A DNA stretch of 64,000 nt. Source: Octopus sinensis (Eukaryota). The notes beneath the pieces are model-generated. The model saw nothing but the letters and a program-made list of their open reading frames with translations, was not told where the DNA came from and made no database searches. A program made the translations under genes and the position numbers. Positions 51,001 through 61,779 of this stretch are shown one piece after another. How positions within the stretch are numbered: position 1 is the stretch's first letter; each line of letters begins with the position of its first letter. The stretch is taken from contig NC_043002.1 of the NCBI RefSeq assembly GCF_006345805.1, forward strand, positions 110,670,001-110,734,000, written 5' to 3'.

Positions 51001-53423
51001 TTGAAATCGATCGTCATGTTTAGTTGACCTGGTACATATTTTATTGATCCACAGAGACAGGAGGTTAAGTTGACCTAGGCAGTATTTGGAATGTTGAAAC
51101 AGAAAGCATCACTCAGTTCTTTACTGTGTAATTCAAGAACATATACCTGTAGTATATAGGTAAATGTCTATACATGTGTGTTATATCCATGAAAATCTGA
51201 AATACATGATTATTAGTGAATTGTCTATATGAAACGGTTGCACATGTATGTACTACATTTATCCATTTGGACAATTTTATACACATATAGCATTCTTAAA
51301 GAAAATCTAATTGTATAGTTTAATATATATATATATTGCTATTTTACAAGTTTCAGTTGTTGATTTACGGCCATACTGGGGCATGGAATGGTTTTTCCTG
51401 GTACTTACTTTAACTCTGCTACTTATTCTACCAGCTTTTTTTATGGGTGGGGGGGTTGGACTATTAAATTACATGGACATAAACAAGCCTACACTGGTTG
51501 TCAAGCACTCTCACAAACATGTTGGGCTATCAAAAGCTTCCTGTCTAGCAAATTAACTCACAAGGTGTTGGTCATCCCATGGCTATAGTAGATTGCACTT
51601 ACCTGAGTTGTCATACTGTAGGACTGATCTCAAAACTATCTCAAAACTGATCTCAAAAAGAAAAACATAGCAATAGGAAAATTATCTGGTTCACACCCTC
51701 ATACTCCCCTGAAGTGACCTTTAATATAGATTGATATTTCTTATCACTTATAGATAGGCATTTTCCAATGAATCATAAGTATAGGAAGCTCTTTAATAGG
51801 CATAACCTAAAAATTAGTTTTAGCTCATTGCCTTAAATATTGGCTACTGATTTAAAGACAAAGCCAGCAATTTTGAGAGGAAGGCTCCACTTCATACCCT
51901 CAAACCCAGTATCTTAATTTATTGACCTCGAAAGGATGAATGCAAAGCTGATTTTGGTAGAATTTGAACTCAACAAGGTATGTCTGCCACTCAAAATTCT
52001 GCCAGTCTTCCATGCAAATAATGATAATAATTATTTCTAATGGAAACACAAGGTTAGAAATTTGTGGTAAGGGAGTTAATTGGTTTTATCGATCCCTGTA
52101 CATTATTTTATAGAACCCTGGAAGGGTGAAAGGTAAAATTAATTTTGGCTGTATTTGAATTTGGAATGTAAAGAACCAAATCCGAGGCATGTTGTTTTGC
52201 ACTCTAATGATTCTGCCAATTTACTGTGCCGTAATAGTAATAATAACCATGATATCATAAAAACTATGTAGAATAGAATAAATGTAACATCCCAACTCCC
52301 TCTCAATATTAATTCAAGGCCTCTCTCTTTCCCCTTCTCTCTTTCATTCTCTTCACTTCATTTCCGGAAGGAGGGAAATATTGCCAGGCTCAGTCACTCA
52401 GCTATTCCCTTTCAGATCAATTAGCAGACCTTACTTTACACATCTCCTTCTGCTTCTCCCAGCTAACACATCGCCTTTTACTGCTTTTCCACTGCTTTTC
52501 CACCATATTGCATGCACTGTGATTATCTTCTTGGGATGGCAAAAGTAGTCTGTAGCAGATTGGGAGTGGAGTGGTGTAGGGGTGTTACAGGCTCAGGTAT
52601 CTAGATAACTATATTAATACCAGGAAATACTTAAATCACTGAGATCATTTGGCTTTTATTTTGTATTTATTTTTGTTTTGTTTATTGATCTTATCTTATG
52701 TGTGTGTGTATGGATGTATTTCCATGTGTGTGTATGTGTGTCTTTATTCCTCTTTCTCTTTACTGCTTCATATGATGGCATTTATTACCAAATAACAGCT
52801 GGTGATGTTTCTTGTTATGAAAACACAGTATTACTCCCACTGTATTATCTTTGAAATATGTTTGTTGGGTCTAATTTGTCAGGAAGTCTTCAGATGATTT
52901 CAGTTCCTTCTCTTGATTCTTATTCCTATTTATAATATTTATTTACTTTAACTCAGGTTTTTCAGTAAAAATAAATAACAATAAAAAACAACAAACTCCC
53001 AACTAATGTTTATTTTACTTCTTTATTTTTTCTGCATTGACACTAAAGACTTAATTCAAGGATGTATTCATGTAATTAGGATAACTGTTTGTCTGTAGAC
53101 ATGATGTGTATAGGAAACATTTTAGACTACTAGAACTATGTTTTATATGAATGAAACGTGATAGTATTTGTACTGGATGGTACACGATGCATGTGAAATG
53201 TAACTGATGTTGGTTGGTGGTTTATAATTAACTGATGGTGTCTGGTAGTTCATACTAACTATGGAAGGTTTTGTTCTGCATATGAAAGCTAACTTGATCA
53301 TATCTGGTCATTCTTGATGACCATGAATGCTAACCCATAGTGCCCAGGGGTTCACACTGACTTTGAAGCTTAACAAGGTGACGCCTGGCAATACATGCTG
53401 ACTGTGGCTGGTGCCTAGAAGTA

Positions 53424-53609
53424 CATCATCATCATCATCGTTTAACGTCCGTTCTCCATGCTAGCATGGGTTGGACGGTTCAACTGGGGTCTGGGAAGCC
53501 AGAAGGCTGCATCAGGCCCAGTCTGATCTGGCAATGTTTCTACAGCTAGATGCCCTTTCTAACGCCAACCACTCCATGAGTGTAGTAGGTGCTTTTTACG
53601 TGCCACCGA
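53424..53609 (-). mobile_element. RTE 3' UTR fragment
   Basis: (cat)n cgtttaacgtccgttctccatgctagcatggg...gtgccacc. Confidence 0.8.
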
Positions 53610-53929
53610 CATGTTTTTATATAGGGAAAATAATGTTAGTCAGCATGGCCTAGAATTTATCACTTCCATACCATAATCAGGGCCGTATATTATTTTTTGA
53701 CCAATTTCTTTAGTTCAGTCAAACTTGTTGTATATAAAGGGTATATCATCATACTACATATGAAGACCAGTTTTTAATATATAAAAATACCTAAAAATAC
53801 TTGCTACAATAATTGTTGTTGTGATGCTGATGCAGATTATTGTAACTTGACCTCTTTGCTAAATGGAAGTAAATTACATAGGGTGAGTAGTTTAGTTAGG
53901 TTCTGACAAAAACTGAAGTTGTTATAACA

Positions 53930-54238
53930 CAGAGGTTCTCAAACTTTTTGCCCCCCGCTTCATAGCCACATAACACCCTCAGCGCCCCCACCCCTATTTT
54001 TATGTATAAATAAATATTTTATATTTTTCTAATTTATATATACTATGAATAATTTGATATTTAGTATAATATATAATTTGTATACAATACTATAATAATA
54101 ATATAATAAATTCATAGCGTCCCCCAATCCATTGCCTTCCTCCTAATACCTCCATTTTCTCTACCCTCCCCCACCGGCCCCTTAGGCACCAGCGCCCACC
54201 GGCGGGGAGTAGGATAGTGCCCACTTTGAGAACCTATG
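53930..54238. mobile_element. hAT-type MITE (309 bp)
   Basis: TIRs CAGAGGTTCTCAAA / TTTGAGAACCTATG; exact 8-bp TSD TTATAACA (53922-53929, 54239-54246). Confidence 0.85.
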
Positions 54239-54596
54239 TTATAACAGAGGAGATAGGTAGATAATATTGTTCTAGTATTGATTTCTAACATTGGCAACTG
54301 ACCACAAATTTTTGGAGAGAGAATACTAGATTAAATTAACCATAGTACTTGACTTCTATTTTATTTTATTAACCCTGTAAAGATAGAAAGTGAAGTTGAC
54401 CTCAACAGCTTTGGACTTAGAATGTACAGGGCAATAACTAAATACCAAAAGACATTTTGTATGACAGTCTAACAATTCTGCTAATCCACCTGCAGGAAGC
54501 TTTTGGAAGGAGAGAGATGATATGCTGCTATAGTTTAATGTGAACAAGACAGTTTATTTAAAAAAACAAAATAAGAAAAACAGACTTCATTCATTT

Positions 54597-54880
54597 TCAT
54601 CATCATCATCATCATCATCAACATTTTATGTTCGTTTTCTATGCTGGCATGGGGTGGATGGCTTGGCAGGAACTGGCAAGGCTAGGGCCACATTAGGTTC
54701 CATAGTCTGTTTTTGCTTGGTTTCTACAGGTTGATGTTCTTCCTAATGCCAACCGCTTCACAGAGCGTACTGGCCACTTTTTACATGGCACCATCACCAG
54801 TTTATTTTTATGTGACAACACTAGTGCTTTTTACATGGCACTAGCAGCCACACCGATGCTTTTTATGTGACACCTTGGTT
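54597..54880 (-). mobile_element. Older RTE 3' UTR fragment
   Basis: (cat)n tail and degenerate gctttttacatggcac units. Confidence 0.65.
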
Positions 54881-55739
54881 TCAGAATTTCAATTCTGTTG
54901 TAGTCTTCTCAAGTACAACACTATACCACATATCTCGGTCCTCCATCATCTCCTTGGATTAATTCTCAGTATGTTAGGTAAATGAACTTAGTACTCTAGG
55001 ATTGATAAGTATGACTTTAGAAATGACTAAAACAAGAATTATACTTTTAGTATATTTCAAGACTGTTGATTCATAAGATATGAAATCATTAACAAATTAC
55101 AAATAATCTTCTTAGGAAACTGAGTAATATTTGGACTTTGGTGATTAAAAGGTGACTAAATTTGTTTATGTGTGAGTGTGTGTACACATGTATTTATTTT
55201 TAATTGCTTCATTGTTTATGATCTTTAGATATTGTGTGTGTGAATACATATTTGTTTTATGAAGATATAATTTTGTTTATATAAGACAATGGTATATATT
55301 GATATAGATACAGGTGTATAAGTTTAATATATAGGTTTACATAGCTCATATATGCATGCATATATTAGTATATATCCAAGGTAAAGAGAGGTACTTACTA
55401 TTGAACTACAGTTTTGTTCATTCAACGTTTTGATTGACTCTGCATAGCAGTGAATTGAGAAGAAAACTTTGAAGGAAACTAAGGTTCAGATAACATACTA
55501 TCCTGTTTCTATATGAATAAACAGGTATCAGACACTACATACTTCTAACACAACTGTTGTGTGTTGTAAGAGGCACCTAAAAGGTTGGCTTCAGGAAAGG
55601 TATTCCACTGAAAAACATTGCCTATTAAAATCCTGTCTAGCTCATACCAACATGGAAAAGCAGACACAAAAATAATGATGATGATTGTGTGTTAGATGGC
55701 ATATATGCATCTAGTAATTATAATCTCAATATTGCCACT

Positions 55740-55753
55740 GTTTCCATGGTAAC
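55740..55753. promoter_or_regulatory. RFX X-box motif
   Basis: GTTTCCATGGTAAC fits the X-box consensus GTHNYY-AT-RRNAAC, about 460 bp upstream of the DNMBP ATG exon. Motif match only. Confidence 0.3.
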
Positions 55754-55907
55754 TTGACCTGTATATACAGTAACCAAATACACACATCATTAAATGTATG
55801 TTGTTACTATACTAAAAACCATGTTCTAATTTAGGCATTTTAACATGTTGTATGTCACTTTGAAAATTAAAAAAAAAAACTTATAAAAGCTCAAATTTTT
55901 TTTTTAA

Positions 55908-56129
55908 TTCTTTTGATATCAACTCAGCTGAAACCACCTCTGACTCAGTATTACAAATGTCTTGTTTTCCTAAGTTCTGAATTAAAATCTTCCACCAAAC
56001 CTTAGTCACAATTTATGTTCCTAACACTAGCTGAATGATAACTAAGTTATTTTACTAAATTCTTTCTTATATTTCAAAGTAATTGAAAGAAACACAAAGC
56101 ATCTCAAAATAAATACAGTAATAAAAGGG
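55908..56129. mobile_element. Diverged MITE family F copy (222 bp), 85 bp upstream of the DNMBP ATG exon
   Basis: Reverse-complement similarity to 47187-47408, same length, decayed termini. Confidence 0.68.
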
Positions 56130-56214
56130 TAAATGTAAAAATATTTCTGTATTTTAATATTTGTTACAATACATTTGTAAATTCTGCAATATGTTGATTT
56201 TTTTTTAATTGTAG

Positions 56215-56488
56215 ATGTTGCCATGTCCTGGGCAGTATGTTAAAGCAATCTACGACTTTGAGAGTAACTACCCAAGTGAATTGAACCTACGGAAAGGTGA
56301 TATCATCTTAGTGACAACTGTGGTGAATGAGAATTGGCTATGTGGCGAACTACGTGGTCAGCAGGGCAACTTTCCTGTCAGTTTTGTCTCCCAACTTGTT
56401 CTACCAACTATTCGAAAGGGTCAAAAAATATTTGCTGCCACAGAAAAGTTCTTTGCACAAGAGAAAGGGGATTTGGACTTTTGTCGAG
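56215..56488 (+). CDS. DNMBP: Dynamin-binding protein (Tuba) homologue, first coding exon: SH3-1 and N-half of SH3-2
   Basis: Acceptor ttttttttaattgtAG directly before ATG at 56215; donor G|GTTAGT at 56489 (phase 1). MLPCPGQYVKAIYDF...NWLCGELRGQQGNFPVSFV...LPTIRKGQKIFAATEKFFAQEKGDLDFCRG parallels, from memory, the human DNMBP N-terminus (VVRAIFDF...GQFPSSFVEIVTIPSLKEGERLF...LHRG). Confidence 0.85.
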
Positions 56489-57403
56489 GTTAGTAACCAA
56501 ATTCAGTTATAATAATAATAACTGTTTGTGGAGGAAGTCAGTTTAAGCATTATGATGTAAACTAAATGATGCCAAAAATTGTTAGGTTTTTTTTGGGTTT
56601 TTTTACCACAAAAGCCAGCAAGAGAACTTTCTATATTTTTATATTACAGGTCTGTTTGACCTGCTTGGAAAAACAATGTTAGAATGGTGAAGATACCAGC
56701 TACATAAAGATGAAACATCATGAAATTCCTTTTCTTTCTTTCTTTCTTTCTTTCATTCATTTAAACTGAATATTTTTTTTTTACAATCAAAAACGCTCTA
56801 TTTACTAATATACACTTAAAAAGAATGACAAAAAGAAGATAAAAAAATGGAGAAGGGGGGTGGGATTCAAAGCAGCAGAAAACAGAAGAGGAGGGGCAAT
56901 GGGCCACATATCCCAGAAAAGAGGGGTGCTCAGCTGCATTCCACAGAGCATGGTCAGCGACACTGGCTGCAGTAGCCACTCCACCTCACTCAGCTCATTT
57001 CTCTAACGGGCTGCCACTATCCCTATTTTGTTGAGGAAATAGATAGTATGGGGTCCTAGAATACCTAACATCTATCTAGATAGCAACCAGTACAAACTGA
57101 TAGTGGCCAGCCAGGTTCCTGTTCTTTTTTATTATTTTCTCCCCCGCATTACAAGTGATGACACCAGGGTTTGCAGCAATGGATGAGGGATAAGCCAACA
57201 AGGGAGTCCATATAGAGTTGATTAGCTTGCAAGAAACAGCCATGAAATCTCCCTCAAATTACAGCCTATCATCTTCAGATATGAAGAACTCCTTAGATTA
57301 TTTCTTTCTTCCAACATATTTTATGGCTGAAAAATATAAGCAAATAAAATATGTGATGGTAACAGCTGGAATATCTTTGATCATGGTTTTGCTTGTTTGT
57401 GGA

Positions 57404-57786
57404 TGGAAGCACTCCGTCGGTTACGAAGATGAGGGTTCCGGTTGATCGGATCAACGGAACAGCCTGCTCGTGAAATTAATGTGTAAGTGGCTGAGCACTC
57501 CACAGACACGTGCACCCTTAACATAGTTCTTGGGGATATTTAGCGTGACACAGAGAGTGACAAGGCCGGCCCTTTGAAATACAGGTACAACAGAAACAGG
57601 AAGTAAGAGTGAGAAAAAGTTGTGGTGAAAGAGTACAGCAGGGATCACCACCATCCCCTGCCAGAGCCTCGTGGAGCTTTAGGTGTTTTCGCTCAATAAA
57701 CACTCACAACGCCCTGTCTGGGAATCGAAACCACGATCCAACGACCGCGAGTCCGCTGCCTTAACCACTGGGCCATTGCGCCTCCA
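57404..57786 (-). mobile_element. SINE family D in a DNMBP intron
   Basis: Reverse-complement match; 12-bp TSD ttgctt(g/a)tttgt. Confidence 0.9.
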
Positions 57787-58377
57787 CATTGCTTATTTGT
57801 AACAACTTGCTAAAAAATGTTTTAAATAGTTTTTTGTTTTTTTTTATTTCTACCAAGATTTGTTAGGATTTAACAAACATATATATGCAGTTATTTAAAA
57901 TGTAGATACTAATATAAATGGTAAGAATTTACTGGAGAAGCTGCATTATTTATTTGATGATACCGTTTCAGCATGACTGCATTAATAGACAGAACTAAAA
58001 ATTATGGCAATGAAATGAATAATGCTATTTTGGATATTGTGGAATAAAATTGTTTGGAAGTCAGGATTCATTATGTGACTTTTATAAACATGAAATGTGC
58101 AATTTTATTTGGCTGATGGACCAATTTTCATTGCAATAGAAGATATATCCTTAATTATTTTTTTTTTCCGTTTTATATAATATTTTAGTTTCCCTTTCAG
58201 ATTTTATGTAAGAGTTTTCTTGTTTGTGTATTCATGTAAAACATTTTTTTTTGACAAAATAAATTCTAAAATGTTCTATTCAATAGTAAATTTTAAATAA
58301 AAGATAGTGAAGTTTTTTATTAATATTCATTTATTGTGTATAATAATGGTAATAATTATTATTTTATCATGTTATAG

Positions 58378-60198
58378 GTGACGTTATTGTTGGCCTTCGT
58401 GCTCAAGACAGCAATTGGTGGAGTGGCTGTCTTGCTGGCCAAAGCAAAAATGGCATCTTTCCGCTTACACATGTTTATGAACTTGACAATAATTACATTT
58501 CTTTCAAGAAAGAACAAAACCAAATTGTGCGTGCTCTTGTGGATTGTACACCTCAACTTGATGAAGAACTTGGCTTCAAAGCTGGTGATCTTATCACGGT
58601 TTTGGAAATGGTTGATAATGATTGGTACATTGGAGAATGCCGTGATAAACAAGGCATGTTTCTCACTTCTTGTGTAGAGTTTCTTAATACAGGTCTTACA
58701 GGCAAGACCTATTCTAATCCCCCTGTGACATCAACAAGCCTGTCTAAAACAACTGCTGCATCTTTTAATCTTTCTCGAACTTCTCATACATATAACAGTG
58801 AAAATACACGGTCTTATGATTCATCTGTAACTCCCTATGCAAGGACGTTGTACTCATTCACAGCACAGGCTTCAAATGAGTTGACTTTTGGTGCAAATGA
58901 GATTATATTATTACTTTGCCATGTGGATAGTCAGTGGATTAAAGGTGAGTTGGATGGGAAAACTGGAATTTTTCCAGCCAGTTACGTGGACATCATTGTA
59001 GACTGTCCACATTTAGAGTCTGATCTCTCCAACATGTCTAGTTCACAGAGTAATTCTGATAAATTACCAATCACTTCAACTGTTGACTGTCAAGAGGAAG
59101 AATGCTATGGTTTAGTTAAATATGATTTTAAAGCAGAAACCAGTGGAGACCTAAATCTGAAGGAAGGAGATACAATTACAATATTACAACAGGTTGATCA
59201 AAATTGGTTTCTTGCAAAGAAAGAAGACAATGAAATTGGACATTGTCCTGTCAATCATATTGATGTTGTTGGTTCTGAACCAAAATTTCTTTTAGCCGAT
59301 CATCCCCATGTTGCCAATGCCACTGCTCAGGGAATAGGAATTGTCCCAAGAACAGAACAAAAATCTGTCAGAAATGATTTGAAAGATGGCTATCAAGACA
59401 AGGAGAATAACAATATTTTTAGTAATCAATTAAAGCATAATAAATCTTCCCCTAAGCTTCTTTTGCCTATGGTTCCTAAACCTTCCCTTCAGCCGAAACC
59501 CACCCCCAAACCCAAGCCAGTTGTTTTACCAAAGTCTTCCTCCCCTCCATTACCTACCAAATCAGTCCACAGACCACCCCGACCACACACCATATCTGGA
59601 AGTTCTAGTTTTGATACTCATCATTTGAACTCCTTAATAGAAAATGAAATGCAAACAGATTCTCGGAAGTCATTTCCGATATTAGATAGCAATGAAAACA
59701 TGGAATACCGATGCTCTTCAGGTGAGAAGGTGAAGTTAAACATTGCTAATCAAACTATCTTATTTGAAAGTAAGGGCAGTGCATCATCTTTTGTTTCTTC
59801 TGATGTGCAAGAGAGACCAAGTGGTCATCAATCTGATGACAGTCTCTCGAGTCAGTATGAGAATGGTGAAAAGTCTTTTACAAAACCAGTCCCAATCCGT
59901 CGCCCACCCCCGCCTCCTCAACGTAATAACTTCTCTGGTGCTAATTCAGTTTCTTTAAATGAGAGAAAATATATGCGTAAGAATCAGGCATTACGTTCCT
60001 CGAGCTCAAAACCGTCCCCTGTGCAAGGTACAAAGCCTTCTTCCGAGGGGAAAGGCATGCAGCGAAAACTCTCTGAGCGTATGATTCCCTCCAGACCAGC
60101 ACCAGCTCGGCCACCTCCTAGATCTGTTCCAGCGTTTAAACAAAAGGGTCATGAATCATCAGAACCAAACTCCCTTACTCAAAGATCTTCTTTAACAG
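58378..60198 (+). CDS. DNMBP: DNMBP homologue, large coding exon: C-half of SH3-2, SH3-3, SH3-4, SH3-5 and proline-rich linker
   Basis: Acceptor ttatAG at 58376-58377. Phase-1 join gives G-DVIVGLRAQDSNWWSGCLAGQSKNGIFPLTHV, in frame with the 563-aa ORF (VRALVDCTPQLDEELGFKAGD; YARTLYSFTAQASNELTF; YGLVKYDFKAETSGDLNLKEGD). Donor G|GTGAGT at 60199. The QLDEEL motif matches recalled DNMBP SH3-3. Confidence 0.88.
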
Positions 60199-60270
60199 GT
60201 GAGTGGTTTTGTTTTTAAAGACTTTGCAATTATTAATGAATTCAGTGCATTTTTGTTTTGATTTATGGTC

Positions 60271-60823
60271 TCAGCGCCGCCTCGACTGGCTTCTGTGCCC
60301 GTGGCACATAAAAAGCACCATCCGAACGTGGCCGATGCCAGTGCCGCCTCGACTGGCTTCTGTGCTGGTGGCACATAAAAAGCACCATCTGAACGTGGCT
60401 GATGCCAGCGCCGCCTTGGCTGGCTTCTGTGCTGGTGGCACATAAAAAGCACCATCTGAACATGGCCGATGCCAGTGCCGCCTCGACTGGCTTCTGTGCC
60501 GGTGGCACATAAAAAGCACCATCTGAACGTGGCCGATGCCAGCGCCGCCTTGGCTGGCTTCCGTGCTGGTGGCACGTTAAAAGCACCACCCGATCGTGGC
60601 CGATGCCAGACCCCCCCTGGCAACTGTGCAGGTGGCACGTAAAAAAAGCACCCACTGCACTCGCGGAGTGGTTGGCATTAGGAAGGGCATCCAGCTGTAG
60701 AAACACTGCCAGATCAGACTGGAGCCTGGTGCAGCCACTGGCTTCCCAGACCCCGGTCAAACCGTCCAACCCATGCTAGCATGGAGAACGGACGTTAAAC
60801 GATGATGATGATGATGATGATGA
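60271..60823 (+). mobile_element. RTE 3' UTR fragment with 67-bp minisatellite, just downstream of the DNMBP donor
   Basis: gtggcac unit starts at 60301, 60368, 60435, 60502, 60569 and 60632, followed by the standard RTE tail (gat)n. Confidence 0.85.
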
Positions 60824-61138
60824 TTTTCCATTTTGCAGAATTCTTAGCACAGGCACAAAGCAAAAAATCTCTTTGAGGAATGTTGTTGATTTAATTGTTT
60901 CTGGTATTTAACTGAAAGGTTAAAGATCCTAACAGGATTTGAACTCAGAACATAAAGAAAAAACTAACCTCTACATATTCTAACACAAAGAAAACTTTGC
61001 AGTACTCACAGGGAAGAATGTGGCTAACAAGATACAATAATAGGTTCAACACTTCTTTGTTCAAATTTCATTGTAGTCTACTTTACTGTTTAAAATAACT
61101 AACTACATTCTTACCTGCTGATATATGTATATATATAT

Positions 61139-61368
61139 ATATACTTTATTTTAAGCAGCAGAAAATTCAACAAAATCTGTTACTCTGAGTTTCTCGTTGC
61201 CATTCATCAGACAGTTTTTGCAAAAACTGTCTGATGAACGGCAACGAGAAACTCAGAGTAACAGATTTTGTTGAATTTTCTGCTGCTTAAAATAAAGCAT
61301 ATTACTCTACCACTGGTATTTGAGTACTCTTTTTTCCACCTTGTTTCACATTTATGTGTTTACTCCGG
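61139..61368 (+). mobile_element. Penelope-like element pseudo-LTR remnant with inverted duplication (palindrome 61139-61302)
   Basis: 82-bp arms, no spacer, 2 mismatches; contains a hammerhead followed by AATAAA and a ttactct...tgagtac tail; flanked by (TA)n on both sides. Hammerheads and inverted pLTRs are established features of Penelope-like elements; no RT or GIY-YIG ORF is present. Confidence 0.6.
61227..61264 (+). ncRNA. Type-I minimal hammerhead ribozyme motif (HHR-1+), with mirror copy on the - strand at 61177-61214
   Basis: ctgt-CTGATGA-a cg GCAA cg a-GAA-ACT cag AGT-A|acag. Stem I ctgt/acag (extends aaaa/tttt), stem II with GNRA loop, short stem III, GUA triplet, predicted cleavage after 61260. 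Confidence 0.75.
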
Positions 61369-61395
61369 TATATATATATATATATATATATATAT

Positions 61396-61595
61396 GTAGG
61401 TCCCGGGTTGAGTCGGGGTTAACCACAGTAAATAAGGTACTCAATACATAGCAGAGTAAATTAATTTATTTTATAGAAGGAGCTTCTACAGGACTAGAAC
61501 TGTTTCATTCAAATGAAATCATCAGGAAACTTCCTGATGATTTCATTTGAATGAAACAGTTCTAGTCCTGTAGAAGCTCCTTCTATAAAATAAAT
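61396..61595 (-). mobile_element. Second Penelope-like pLTR remnant with inverted duplication (palindrome 61464-61595)
   Basis: 65-bp perfect arms with a 2-nt spacer. On the - strand the hammerhead is followed by AATAAA...ttactct...ttgagtac, the same layout as the first unit but a different sequence; flanked by (TA)n. Confidence 0.6.
61530..61576 (+). ncRNA. Type-I hammerhead ribozyme motif (HHR-2+), with mirror copy on the - strand at 61483-61529
   Basis: cttc-CTGATGA-t ttc attt gaa t-GAA-ACAG ttctagtc CTGT-A|gaag. Stem I cttc/gaag, stem III ACAG/CTGT, GUA triplet, predicted cleavage after 61572. Confidence 0.72.
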
Positions 61596-61779
61596 ATATA
61601 TATATATAGAATATACATATATAAAATATACTTTGCAAAACATCTAAAAGTTGAAAAGATTCCAACCATTGCTTACTAGGATCAGAATTAACTTTTACAA
61701 AAACCAGTTTTCAGTTTGTTTTTTCCTATCCATTAGTGGAAAAGAAGTAATGGGTGGATTAGTACAATCATTAAAGCAA

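Noticed and set aside
56215-60198. SH3D19 or intersectin-like assignment
   Set aside because: Domain order (SH3s first, proline-rich after) and the inter-SH3 linker LPTIRKGQKIF plus QLDEEL motifs fit DNMBP better.
60271-60660. CRISPR-like array
   Set aside because: The units are contiguous near-identical 67-mers with no unique spacers, there are no cas genes, the context is eukaryotic, and the array is part of an RTE 3' UTR.
60192-60769. 148-aa and 168-aa minus-strand ORFs
   Set aside because: These are translations of the 67-bp minisatellite; the same peptides recur at other RTE tails.
60839-60876. Possible next DNMBP exon after ttttccattttgcAG
   Set aside because: The phase-1 frame hits TGA after 12 codons, and there is no donor support.
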